This document shows positions 16,507 to 25,206 of a DNA stretch of 64,000 bases, piece by piece. Made by a program: the position numbers and the translations under genes. Numbering within the stretch: the first letter of the stretch is position 1; every line of letters begins with the position of its first letter. Source of the DNA: an uncultured virus (IMG/VR IMGVR_UViG_3300031957_001236) (lineage: Duplodnaviria > Heunggongvirae > Uroviricota > Caudoviricetes); the IMG/VR virus record IMGVR_UViG_3300031957_001236; one strand, given 5' to 3'. The notes under the pieces were generated by a model. The model had not been told where the DNA came from. It searched no databases and worked only from the letters and a program-made list of their open reading frames with translations.

Positions 16507-18411
16507 TCAGCCGCACTCTCCATCTCCTCCGAGGGTACAGGCTGCTCCGTCTGCGGTTCCAACGGCGTTTTGTTGTCCCATGTATCGTTCGACATTTTCT
16601 CTAGTTAGTGGTATTGCTTGTAGTGGTTCGTTACCTTTTGAGCCCGCTCTATATATAGTCATTCCTTTCAGGTATGGCATATAGTTCACGGCATCTTCGA
16701 TCATAGTAGCAGGATCAAAGGTCTCTGGCAAGTTTATTGTCTTGCTAATGCAGGAGTCTATGAAGCGTTGGATGGTTGCCTGGACAGCCATGTGCTCCTC
16801 AGGAGTGATATCGTAAGCACCTACAAATGCGTGGAGTTCCTTTCCTGCATCGAAATACTCCTGGAAAAGAGGGTCTGCGACGAACTGCTCTTTCCAGACA
16901 TTACCTTGACGCCATCTGCGATTATACATGGCAGAGAAAATAGGCTCAATCCCGCTGCTGACGCCCATAAGCATTGATATAGTTCCAGTTGGGGGAATAG
17001 TAAGCATAACAGCGTTACGAATACCATACTTACGGATGTAATGACGAATCCGAATAGGAAGTGTTTTAGCAAAATCTTCACTTAGGTACTTTTCTCTATC
17101 AAATGCAGGGAATGGTGCCTTGTCCCTCGCTAGATATATACTTGCCTTGTAAGCCTCGTCTCTAATTGTAGCGAACAGTCTTTCTAGGAACTCTAGACTC
17201 TTCTCACTACCATAACGAATGCCTAGCTTGATGAACATGTGGTGAAGACCCATGACACCAAGACCAACACGACGAGATCTTTCACCTACTTCCTTACACT
17301 CAGGAGTGGGGAAGTGGTTGACGGTAAGAACATTATCTAGGAAACGAATACCAGTTCTCACAGTACGGGCTAGGCGTTTCCAATCTACATCGGACCCATC
17401 TTCCAAGCACATGTTAGCAAGATTAACATTCCCAAGGCAACAGTTGCCATAAGAAGGGAGACTAATCTCACCACAGGGATTAGTGGATGCGAGTTCCTCG
17501 AAATACGATACATTGGTGAAAGAGTTTGCTAGATCAATATTATATACGCCAGGGTCACCTGACTCAACAGCATTTGTCCAGATTCTTTCCCAGAGTTTAC
17601 GAGCAGAGATATCTGCCTGACCGACCAGTTCAAAAGTTTCAGTCCAGTCAGCACGATGGAAGTTCTCTGCACGACCGATAGCATCGTCAGCATCAAGGGC
17701 AATCACCTCTAGCTCACGCTCCTCACCCTTGCTGTTGGTAGCACGCAGGACGAAGTTATGATACTCCTTGTTGCCATAGGTGAAGTACCAAGGCTCGTCG
17801 TTTTGCACAGCCTCAATGAACCTGTTGGTAATAGCAACAGAGATATTGAAGTTGTTAAGCTGACCCTGATCTAGCTTGACAGTAAGGAAATCTAGTAGGT
17901 CTGGGTGAGTGACATTAAGAATACCCATAAGAGCCGTGCGACGGTTCTTACCAGACTTGACATGCTCTCCTACCTCATTGATCATCTTGAGGACAGAGAC
18001 GCTGCCAGGAGCAGAGTTCTTTACATTGCCAATGTCATCGCCTTGAGGACGAATCTTAGATACATTAAAACCAATACCACCACCAGCACATGAAATCTTG
18101 TACATGTCCTGAATAGTTTTTCCAATGCTATCGACGCTATCCTCAGGAATGATGACATAACAGTTTAGTAGATTATGCTTGCCAGCATTTCGTCCAGAAC
18201 CATAAATAATGCGACCCCCAGGAACAAAATCGCCGCTAGAAATAGCATCATAAAACCATCCCTCAACTCTTTCTTTATCCTCATCGGGTTCTGCTCCTGC
18301 TACGGTTCTAGCAATTGCTTTTGCTCGCTGTCGCCACTCCTTCTCACCTGGGTAAGCGTAGCGGCTCATAAAGATTTCTTGTCCTAAACTATTTAGCTTG
18401 GCGATGGTCAT
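16507..18411 (-). CDS. nrdJ: Class II (adenosylcobalamin-dependent) ribonucleotide reductase
   Basis: PGGRI, LLNCYV, GGGIG, RRTALM, NNFNISV, TNPCGEISL...CCLG, RRVGLGVMG, TIPPTGTIS, ISKTINLP; C-terminal Cys pair; no beta subunit nearby. Confidence 0.88.
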   Translation of the reverse strand: MTIAKLNSLGQEIFMSRYAYPGEKEWRQRAKAIARTVAGAEPDEDKERVEGWFYDAISSGDFVPGGRIIYGSGRNAGKHNLLNCYVIIPEDSVDSIGKTIQDMYKISCAGGGIGFNVSKIRPQGDDIGNVKNSAPGSVSVLKMINEVGEHVKSGKNRRTALMGILNVTHPDLLDFLTVKLDQGQLNNFNISVAITNRFIEAVQNDEPWYFTYGNKEYHNFVLRATNSKGEERELEVIALDADDAIGRAENFHRADWTETFELVGQADISARKLWERIWTNAVESGDPGVYNIDLANSFTNVSYFEELASTNPCGEISLPSYGNCCLGNVNLANMCLEDGSDVDWKRLARTVRTGIRFLDNVLTVNHFPTPECKEVGERSRRVGLGVMGLHHMFIKLGIRYGSEKSLEFLERLFATIRDEAYKASIYLARDKAPFPAFDREKYLSEDFAKTLPIRIRHYIRKYGIRNAVMLTIPPTGTISMLMGVSSGIEPIFSAMYNRRWRQGNVWKEQFVADPLFQEYFDAGKELHAFVGAYDITPEEHMAVQATIQRFIDSCISKTINLPETFDPATMIEDAVNYMPYLKGMTIYRAGSKGNEPLQAIPLTRENVERYMGQQNAVGTADGAACTLGGDGECG

Positions 18412-19982
18412 TTGATTGTTGATACTCCTTTATCTTTTATTATATTAATCTTCTTGTGTCTCGACATGTGCTGTGCGAGATGCGGGTTGTGTGTAATGAC
18501 GAAAAGAGTCCTGTCCTTCTTGAGATCGTATAGTAGCTCGTAAAGACCGTTGATACCGTCTTCATCCAGGTTTTCTGCGACCTCATCAAAGAACAAGACG
18601 CTACTTTGATGGCCGTTGGACATTGTAAGAAGAGTTTGTAGTCCAAGCATTACTGCTAGGTTAACCTTCCTACGCTCTCCACCGGATAGAGATATATAGT
18701 GACGATGCTTTCCTAGCACTTCAATATTTTCTCGTAATTCCTCATCAAATTCTACAGTAATACGACCGTTTGTTAAATACCCAAGATAATAATTACAATG
18801 GGTATTAAGGTAATCCCTAACAGTTCTAATAACAAAACGCACTAGACCTTTCTCTGAGAACGCCTTGTCCCAGAACCCAAAGATGTCATACTTGATCTCT
18901 AGATCGCCTTTGCGTGCATTTAGAACAGATCGCTCATGTTTTGCCTCAGTAAGTAGTTCTGCGTAGGCGGCTTCGTTCTTCTGCTCACTCCACTTAGCAT
19001 ACTCTGATGGCTTACAAGGTAGACGCTCAATCATGCTGGTGATGTCTAGCAATTCTTTGTCTAGCTCTGCTACCTCTTTCTCGTACTTGTCTACCTTTTG
19101 CTTACAGAAGTCGTAGAACTCTTGTGTCACTTCATCGTTCTTCTCTGTGCCACACTCAGAACATTTCCATGAACTCTTAGCACCTACGCCTTCACGAACT
19201 ACCTTCTTGGCTTTACTGATAGGAGGTCCACCTAGTTGTCTTACTTCCCTCCTGATCGCGTCCATCCTGATCGAGTATTTCGTATTCCTCTTCTCCCACT
19301 CAATGATGCCATCGAGCGTATACTTCTCAAGGATCTCTTGCTGCCTTTTCGATAGCTTAACGCCAGATACTTTTTCCTGGTATTTATCAATGTCTCTCTC
19401 CAGCTTGGTTACAAGAACCTCACACTCTTTGATCTCAGTTCTTATATCACTACGCTTCTTCTTGATCTTGTTCTTCATATCGAAGATGTAATCAAGGTTG
19501 AGGAACCTATTAATGATCTTCCTCTTATCGTCTGGCGTAGCGTCTAGGAAGTCCACATTGGAATGCTGTCCGAACACGGATGCAGCCATGAAGGTCTTGT
19601 AATCCACGCCTATGGCCTTCTCAATGGCCTCCTGTGTCCTACTAGCATGAGCCAGGGAACGATCCTCCCCATTCACACAAAACTTAAGACTAGTAGGCTT
19701 CCTGCTCCGCGTGATCTCGATGTTATCGTTAACCTTGATCTTGACAACACACTTCCTACCTACGGAAGTATTGACCATAGCATCCTCTGTACTCTTGCGA
19801 ATGCTTTTGCCAAATAGTCCGTATACAATAGCTTCCAGAATAACCGATTTTCCTGCCCCATTACTTCCACCTGTATCTTTATTTAGACCTTCAACCCCAA
19901 CAAGTCCCTTGTACTTATTGAAGTTGATCTTGCCCTTCTTGTAAGAATAGAAGTTCTCGAACTCTACACTATTAATCTTCAT
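18408..19982 (-). CDS. SbcC/Rad50/gp46-like recombination ATPase
   Basis: ENFYSY, GSNGAGKS, Zn hook CSEC, signature LSGGERRK, FFDE, VITH. Confidence 0.92.
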   Translation of the reverse strand: MKINSVEFENFYSYKKGKINFNKYKGLVGVEGLNKDTGGSNGAGKSVILEAIVYGLFGKSIRKSTEDAMVNTSVGRKCVVKIKVNDNIEITRSRKPTSLKFCVNGEDRSLAHASRTQEAIEKAIGVDYKTFMAASVFGQHSNVDFLDATPDDKRKIINRFLNLDYIFDMKNKIKKKRSDIRTEIKECEVLVTKLERDIDKYQEKVSGVKLSKRQQEILEKYTLDGIIEWEKRNTKYSIRMDAIRREVRQLGGPPISKAKKVVREGVGAKSSWKCSECGTEKNDEVTQEFYDFCKQKVDKYEKEVAELDKELLDITSMIERLPCKPSEYAKWSEQKNEAAYAELLTEAKHERSVLNARKGDLEIKYDIFGFWDKAFSEKGLVRFVIRTVRDYLNTHCNYYLGYLTNGRITVEFDEELRENIEVLGKHRHYISLSGGERRKVNLAVMLGLQTLLTMSNGHQSSVLFFDEVAENLDEDGINGLYELLYDLKKDRTLFVITHNPHLAQHMSRHKKINIIKDKGVSTIK

Positions 19983-20952
19983 CTCTTAGTTCTACTAGTG
20001 CTTGCTTTAGTTGATCCTTAGTGTAGATGCTCACCGCTTGTTCGAGATAATCTTCTAGGATCTGGTCGTTCACTTGGAACATTGATACATCTGTCTTGTA
20101 GTTACTCAGTTCTTCCTCGTCATAGGTTGGAAGATACTTGATGTCCCACTCACATACATGAGGATACATCTGCTTGAGGTCATAAACATTGTAGTCCATA
20201 TCATCACGCTCTAAAAGCAACCTCACAATTACATACCGATTCCTGTAATCGTTTACATCGTCCAAGGTTCTAGGTGTAACAGTAAGGTGGATAGGACCTG
20301 TGGTCATGTCCACAAACTCTACAGTCTCATCCTCCACAATTGCGTAAAATTTGTCCCCTCCGTCATGGAAGCATGTCGAGTATGGCGTGCCCAGGACTTT
20401 GATGTTCTCTCTCGTATGATGCTGGTGGATGTGACCCAGGAATGTTGTACGATTAAAATCATCAGGACAAATAGCAAAATCGGCATCGCCAGCATTGTTG
20501 AGAGAACCTTCATAACCAAAATGCCCAAAAACAATAGCACCGTCAGGAGACTTAGCCAACTCCTCTTTAATAATCTGCTCATTCTCATAGTGTGGAATGA
20601 AATGGTAGTTGCCTACGACAGTAGGTTTCGTAATGACCTTAATGCTGCCCGCAGACGAGAAGACAGCGTTGCGCTCCAGTAAACTAAGAATGGTAATACC
20701 ATCGTCAGCTTTGCTGGCGCTGTCATGATTACCTCGCAAGATGAACACATTTTTCTTTACTCCTTGAAATAGATTTCTTACATCGAGAATACATTCAGGT
20801 GAAGGACTCCGCTTGTCAAAGACATCACCGAGAAATACGACATTATCAGAAGCCACTCCTTGAATGAGATCTCGGATACATTGGATCTGGCATAGCCGTA
20901 GTTCCCTGTTCGTGTTGTGGAAGTGTGTGTCTCCAATTACTAGTGTCCTCAT
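19972..20952 (-). CDS. SbcD/Mre11/gp47-like nuclease
   Basis: IGDTH, LGDVFD, RGNHD, FGH, LGHIH metallophosphoesterase motifs; adjacent to the SbcC-like gene. Confidence 0.9.
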   Translation of the reverse strand: MRTLVIGDTHFHNTNRELRLCQIQCIRDLIQGVASDNVVFLGDVFDKRSPSPECILDVRNLFQGVKKNVFILRGNHDSASKADDGITILSLLERNAVFSSAGSIKVITKPTVVGNYHFIPHYENEQIIKEELAKSPDGAIVFGHFGYEGSLNNAGDADFAICPDDFNRTTFLGHIHQHHTRENIKVLGTPYSTCFHDGGDKFYAIVEDETVEFVDMTTGPIHLTVTPRTLDDVNDYRNRYVIVRLLLERDDMDYNVYDLKQMYPHVCEWDIKYLPTYDEEELSNYKTDVSMFQVNDQILEDYLEQAVSIYTKDQLKQALVELRDED

Positions 20953-21617
20953 ACTAATGCTCTCCAGGCGACTGGGAACAGTTCTGACATGATATCGTCA
21001 ATGGCAAATGCGTAGTGTTGGGTTTCCTCTTGTGCGTTGTTGTCACTACGCTGTAACGCAACGCGAGCAAATGATGCAAGGGATCCAGTCCAGTACCATT
21101 CTGTGTACATGCACTGTGGTAGGATACCCCTTGCAATCTCAGGGGCAAGCCCCTCTATAATAGATACATCGTATGCGTCTCTAGCAAGATTGACAGCCTG
21201 CTTGTAAATGTCGTAGACTCTCTCCTTGCCTTCAATCTCCTTATCACCTGAGCCCTGCTTGATGCTCTTGTCAGGACGCTCACGCCAGTAATTAGGAGTG
21301 TAGAAATCAGGTTCAAAATCAACATAACGACGCGAGATCTCGTTTTCTACCATGCCTACCTTATGCTTGAAGAGTTGAGTCCTCACAAAGATCGGCGCTT
21401 TTATGTGAAATTGAACCTGAGGATGGGCGAATGGGGTCCAATGGTTATGCTTCGCAAGATAGTTGATGAGCTTCTCATCTTTCTCCGTTAGTTCCTTGCT
21501 CATCTTACTGAACGAAACTCGCGCAGCATTAACCACCGTAAGATCAGACCCCATCCAATCTATAAGACGGACGAAGCCGTGATCCAAACACTCAACAGTA
21601 TAATTTTTATCAATCAT
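20949..21617 (-). CDS. thyX: Flavin-dependent thymidylate synthase
   Basis: VVNAARVSF, HWTPFAH, APIFVRTQLFKH...NEISRRY, APEIARGILPQ, AQEE. Confidence 0.95.
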   Translation of the reverse strand: MIDKNYTVECLDHGFVRLIDWMGSDLTVVNAARVSFSKMSKELTEKDEKLINYLAKHNHWTPFAHPQVQFHIKAPIFVRTQLFKHKVGMVENEISRRYVDFEPDFYTPNYWRERPDKSIKQGSGDKEIEGKERVYDIYKQAVNLARDAYDVSIIEGLAPEIARGILPQCMYTEWYWTGSLASFARVALQRSDNNAQEETQHYAFAIDDIMSELFPVAWRALV

Positions 21618-22722
21618 TAAAATACTCCAATAGTTCTGTCAGGTTTTGGACGGCTCCGTCCTTGTAATGAACCTCTTGACCATCGCCAAATGAACGACCT
21701 ACTTCAGCGTCGATCTTGAGGGGTACTTCAAAGTGGATGTTGAAATCCTTGCGGAGAGTAGGCGTCTCCACCAACTCATTATAGCACACTTCTAGGCACT
21801 CTTGCAAAGAATTCTTCGGGCATGTTATCTCAAGTGAGTCGTGGACAGTAGATACAATCTTAGCTCCCGTTGCTGGTAGAGATTGGCTAAGTCCCTTGAT
21901 GCCACAAAGGATAATGTCTGATGCCGCTGACTGGATAGTAAAGTTGAGACCTTGGCGTAGAGCCCTGCGAACAATCTTGTCATCCTTAGACCTGACATTA
22001 GGTAGTCTTCGCTTGCGTCCGAAGATAGAAGTGATGTAACCGTCCTCCCTGATCATCTCATAGGTATTGTTGATATACGATCCGATACCAGGGAAGACCT
22101 CCATGTAAGTGTTGATGATATGCTCTGCTCGGTCTAGTGAAATTCTGTTATTGTTAGCGAGCGTGAAAGCAGTACCACCATATACGATGAGGAAGGAGGT
22201 TGCCTTAGCAATTTGCCGTTCCTCTTTTAGCACCTTCTCTGCTGGCTTGTTGAACAAGAGTGAGGCAGAGTAGGTGTGTAGATCGACGCCATCTTTGAAT
22301 GCCTTACACATACGCTCATCCTCCGCTACATGCGCGAGAACCCTAAGTTCCATGCCTGCATAGTCGATAGTGATGAACGCCTGATCCTCAGGTGCTACAA
22401 AGATGCGTCGAATGTTATTATTAGTATCCCGAGGAAGCGTATGGAATGATACACCCATCGCCTTCTCAGCATTGTAGGAGCCGCAAGAGAGCCGACCTGT
22501 AACTGTGCCATCGAGCTTGTAGTCACAGTAGACCTTGTTACGACCATTGTATTCAATAGCCGTGTGTAAACCCCGAATGTAGGTCTTGTGAAGCTTCGCT
22601 GCCGCACGATAGTCTAGCAGCCCAGCGATCCACTCTCTTGCTTGTTCTAATTCCTCAGTTGAACGCTCTTGCAGAACACTACGAGCGGTCAGCTTTTCTT
22701 GATCTTCTCGTCTTCTTCGCAC
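21610..22722 (-). CDS. polA: Family A DNA polymerase, part 3 (thumb end, palm, fingers)
   Basis: LLDYRAAAKLHKTY, TVTGRLS, motif A DYAGMELRVLAH, motif B RQIAKATSFLIVYG, NFTIQSAASD, motif C VHDS; GTG start. Confidence 0.9.
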   Translation of the reverse strand: MRRRREDQEKLTARSVLQERSTEELEQAREWIAGLLDYRAAAKLHKTYIRGLHTAIEYNGRNKVYCDYKLDGTVTGRLSCGSYNAEKAMGVSFHTLPRDTNNNIRRIFVAPEDQAFITIDYAGMELRVLAHVAEDERMCKAFKDGVDLHTYSASLLFNKPAEKVLKEERQIAKATSFLIVYGGTAFTLANNNRISLDRAEHIINTYMEVFPGIGSYINNTYEMIREDGYITSIFGRKRRLPNVRSKDDKIVRRALRQGLNFTIQSAASDIILCGIKGLSQSLPATGAKIVSTVHDSLEITCPKNSLQECLEVCYNELVETPTLRKDFNIHFEVPLKIDAEVGRSFGDGQEVHYKDGAVQNLTELLEYFND

Positions 22723-23191
22723 GGTCGTTCAACTCATCTGTAATAAAGTCTAGTAGTTCGTCAAGGGTCGCCTTATCCGTTGATGGTTCACCCTTGCCTG
22801 TTCTCTTCGGAGGATATAGTAGGAAGCCCTGCTCGTCAGTATAAAGAATCTCTCTCAGATCCACAGTAGATGCGAAGTTAGCACCACGCTTCACCTGCTT
22901 GTACATAAGAAGTTCATCCTCCTTAGACATAGATTGTTTGTCCAAGCTCTTACCAACAGAACCTAGTTCCTCTGGTGCTACATGCAGACCTTCATACTCC
23001 ATCTCAGAGAATACAGGTAGCACAGGTGACAGAAGCTTCTCCATCACATGCCAGCAGCCTTCCTCTTGCAGTAGCTCTTCTAGCTTGTGGAAAAGTCGAA
23101 GAGTAAAGTGAGTATCCATAGCGTTGCCATGGAGACAATCACCCAGCGGAATATTAGCCCAATCAAAGTTCTTATCATTTACTGTTAGCAT
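22679..23191 (-). CDS. polA: Family A DNA polymerase, part 2 (ExoIII region plus start of thumb)
   Basis: HGNAMDT (ExoIII-like), FSEMEYEGL, NFASTVDLREILY, TGKGEPSTDKATLDEL. Confidence 0.85.
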   Translation of the reverse strand: MLTVNDKNFDWANIPLGDCLHGNAMDTHFTLRLFHKLEELLQEEGCWHVMEKLLSPVLPVFSEMEYEGLHVAPEELGSVGKSLDKQSMSKEDELLMYKQVKRGANFASTVDLREILYTDEQGFLLYPPKRTGKGEPSTDKATLDELLDFITDELNDRAKKTRRSRKADRS

Positions 23192-24201
23192 TAGAGTTGA
23201 TCAATACCTTCTGGGAAGAATAGCTTGACGAGTTCCTTGAGGCTCTTGGGAACATCCTCGTTCCACAGGTGAGCCATCAGCTTAGTATCATAGACATTCG
23301 TTGGGTAGATTCCAACATTGTGTAGGAATTTCAGGTCGAACTTCGCATTGTGAAACACTTTACGATTGTTAGGGTTCTCCAAGATCTTCTTGATGACCTT
23401 GAGAATGTAGTCAGTATCCTCCCAAGGAGTGTCCTTGTGTAGCAGAGGGATAGCGTAGTTCTTATCCTTGGCAGAGATAGCAATCGTGTTGAGTTTATCA
23501 GTCAGGAAGTTTAGGCCAGTGGTCTCAGTATCCACAGCGATATCTTCGTCTGTATCAGACAGCCAAAGGATATGATCTAGGTCATCATCGCACATGATAA
23601 GTTCGACAGGGATCTTCTCTGCCTTAATACCTGTGATCACCTTGGCGAGAGCGTTCTTAATATCCTGCTCAAAGATGTATCGGTTCTTAGGTTCTGTGTG
23701 TACGGCGTAAGGATGGAAGATAGGTACACAAACGAACTGGTGATTACCTGTGTCGATATCGAATGCGTTGCCTCTCTTGGTCGTGATGCCAGACTTCTTG
23801 GTCACCATCTTGAACGCAAGGTTTCCACATGCGAACACTAGCTTGGGCTTGACCTTATCAATCGTAGCCCATAGGTGCTGGCGACAAGCGTGAGTGTCAG
23901 CAGTCTTCATCTCTGACTCACGCACAGAAGGACACTTTACGGCAGCAGAGAAGGTAATTCTAGCGTCCCCTGGGAGATCTGATTCCACAAGGATACTAGT
24001 AAGCGTCTCCACATCTCGGCTGTTAAAAGGATTACTCCTGCCATTATGAAAGACGAAAGAATCAGAAAGAAAAAGGACATCAGCCTCGTCCAGAGCATCA
24101 TAATCTTGGATGCAATGGGTTGGCTTGTTCCTCTTGAGTTGGGAACATCCTTGACAGAACTGGTGAATTGGGGCTTCTTCATAAAGGTTTGAAAGTTGCA
24201 T
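23191..24201 (-). CDS. polA: Family A DNA polymerase, part 1: UDG family-4-like domain plus 3'-5' exonuclease (ExoI, ExoII)
   Basis: CQGC...VKC...CRQHL...KPKLVFACG...PIFHP (UDG-like); AVDTETTGL, FHNAKFDL, DTKLMAHL. Confidence 0.85.
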   Translation of the reverse strand: MQLSNLYEEAPIHQFCQGCSQLKRNKPTHCIQDYDALDEADVLFLSDSFVFHNGRSNPFNSRDVETLTSILVESDLPGDARITFSAAVKCPSVRESEMKTADTHACRQHLWATIDKVKPKLVFACGNLAFKMVTKKSGITTKRGNAFDIDTGNHQFVCVPIFHPYAVHTEPKNRYIFEQDIKNALAKVITGIKAEKIPVELIMCDDDLDHILWLSDTDEDIAVDTETTGLNFLTDKLNTIAISAKDKNYAIPLLHKDTPWEDTDYILKVIKKILENPNNRKVFHNAKFDLKFLHNVGIYPTNVYDTKLMAHLWNEDVPKSLKELVKLFFPEGIDQL

Positions 24202-24211
24202 TGGGGTTTAC

Positions 24212-24222
24212 ACTATAATAGT
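24212..24222. promoter_or_regulatory. ACTATAATAGT near-palindromic -10-like box between divergent genes
   Basis: 26-bp divergent intergenic gap; same motif at 4116, 6299, 8913, 12969 and 25180. Confidence 0.7.
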
Positions 24223-24227
24223 TAAGT

Positions 24228-24578
24228 ATGAGTAGACATTACATAGACAACAAACGCTTCGAGGACTTAATAGTATTATACCTCCAAGATCGAAAAGCTC
24301 ACGAAGAAGAACTGTTTTCTATGTTCGACTTGCTTATCTCTAATGTCATGGGTGCATTCAACTTTGATGTTGATCCCGAAGACGCCAAGCAAGATTGTTT
24401 CGTATTAATATTGAAGACGCTCCAAAATTTCAATCCTGAAAAAGGGAGCGCCTTCAATTTCTTTACCACAGTTATTGTTAATAATCTAAAGCTGGTTTAC
24501 ACGAAAGATAAAAAGTACGCCGAGAAGATCAAGGCGTTTGAGGAACTGCAAGGGTATCGAGGCCCAACTCAGCCCTGA
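24228..24578 (+). CDS. Late-transcription sigma factor, T4 gp55-like (short)
   Basis: HYIDNKRF N-terminus; DAKQDC...NFNPEKGSAFNFFTTVIVN region-2-like motif. Confidence 0.75.
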   Translation: MSRHYIDNKRFEDLIVLYLQDRKAHEEELFSMFDLLISNVMGAFNFDVDPEDAKQDCFVLILKTLQNFNPEKGSAFNFFTTVIVNNLKLVYTKDKKYAEKIKAFEELQGYRGPTQP

Positions 24579-24861
24579 TCGACATAGGATTATCGAAAAC
24601 CTGAGTCTTCTTACCCTCTACCAATACTAGGCTAGGCGTAGGTGCCTTGAAAATGCAGTACGCATGAGGCAGTTCAAAGTAGTCGATCTCATAGAAGTCG
24701 ATAAGGCTCTCCTCGAAAGCCTCATCCATCTCTTTGAAGATCTTATCTCCCTGAGTATCCCATGGAGAAGTTACAAGGAACATTGTCGCCTCCTTGGTCT
24801 GGCGGCACTGACGAAGAATCTTATTGAGTTGATTCTCAGTCTTCAGTTTCTTCAGTTTCAT
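24529..24861 (-). CDS. Thioredoxin-fold-like protein lacking CxxC
   Basis: FLVTSPWDTQG at the WCxxC position; YEID...PTPSLVLVEG (cis-Pro-like); start probably 24861. Confidence 0.5.
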   Translation of the reverse strand: MKLKKLKTENQLNKILRQCRQTKEATMFLVTSPWDTQGDKIFKEMDEAFEESLIDFYEIDYFELPHAYCIFKAPTPSLVLVEGKKTQVFDNPMSIRAELGLDTLAVPQTP

Positions 24862-25177
24862 CGTCTTCAATAATTTCAGGTTCTTGCGCCTCCGCTTCCT
24901 GCTGACGCTTCTCAAGCTCGGCAGCTAGACGCTCAATGTGCATTCTTTCTAGAGTCTGGAGTCCGACAATAAGAGAAAGCTTGGCGAACTCTTCTTCACT
25001 TAGAATAGGCTCACCACCTTTCTCTCGCTCCATGTTAATGCTTTTTTGAAATCCAGCGTAAGCTTCCGCTTCTTCTTTTGATAGTTTGATTGTAAGTTTC
25101 ATTCGACCTTTACTCCTTTGGTCTACTCGTATTCTACGAATTGAAAGATTGTCAGTTTTAAGTGGTTCATCACTCAT
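24836..25177 (-). CDS. Hypothetical protein
   Basis: 113 aa ORF with acidic C-terminus; preceded by ACTATTATAG box. Confidence 0.65.
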   Translation of the reverse strand: MSDEPLKTDNLSIRRIRVDQRSKGRMKLTIKLSKEEAEAYAGFQKSINMEREKGGEPILSEEEFAKLSLIVGLQTLERMHIERLAAELEKRQQEAEAQEPEIIEDDETEETED

Positions 25178-25179
25178 GG

Positions 25180-25190
25180 ACTATAATAGT
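25180..25190. promoter_or_regulatory. ACTATAATAGT box between divergent genes
   Basis: Identical to the 24212-24222 element; 29-bp divergent gap. Confidence 0.7.
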
Positions 25191-25206
25191 ACGGAAGTAA
25201 ATACTA

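Noticed and set aside
22679..23193. Group I intron or split intein explaining the polymerase breaks
   Set aside because: No intervening sequence at either junction, no homing endonuclease and no intein terminal residues (C/S start, HN end)
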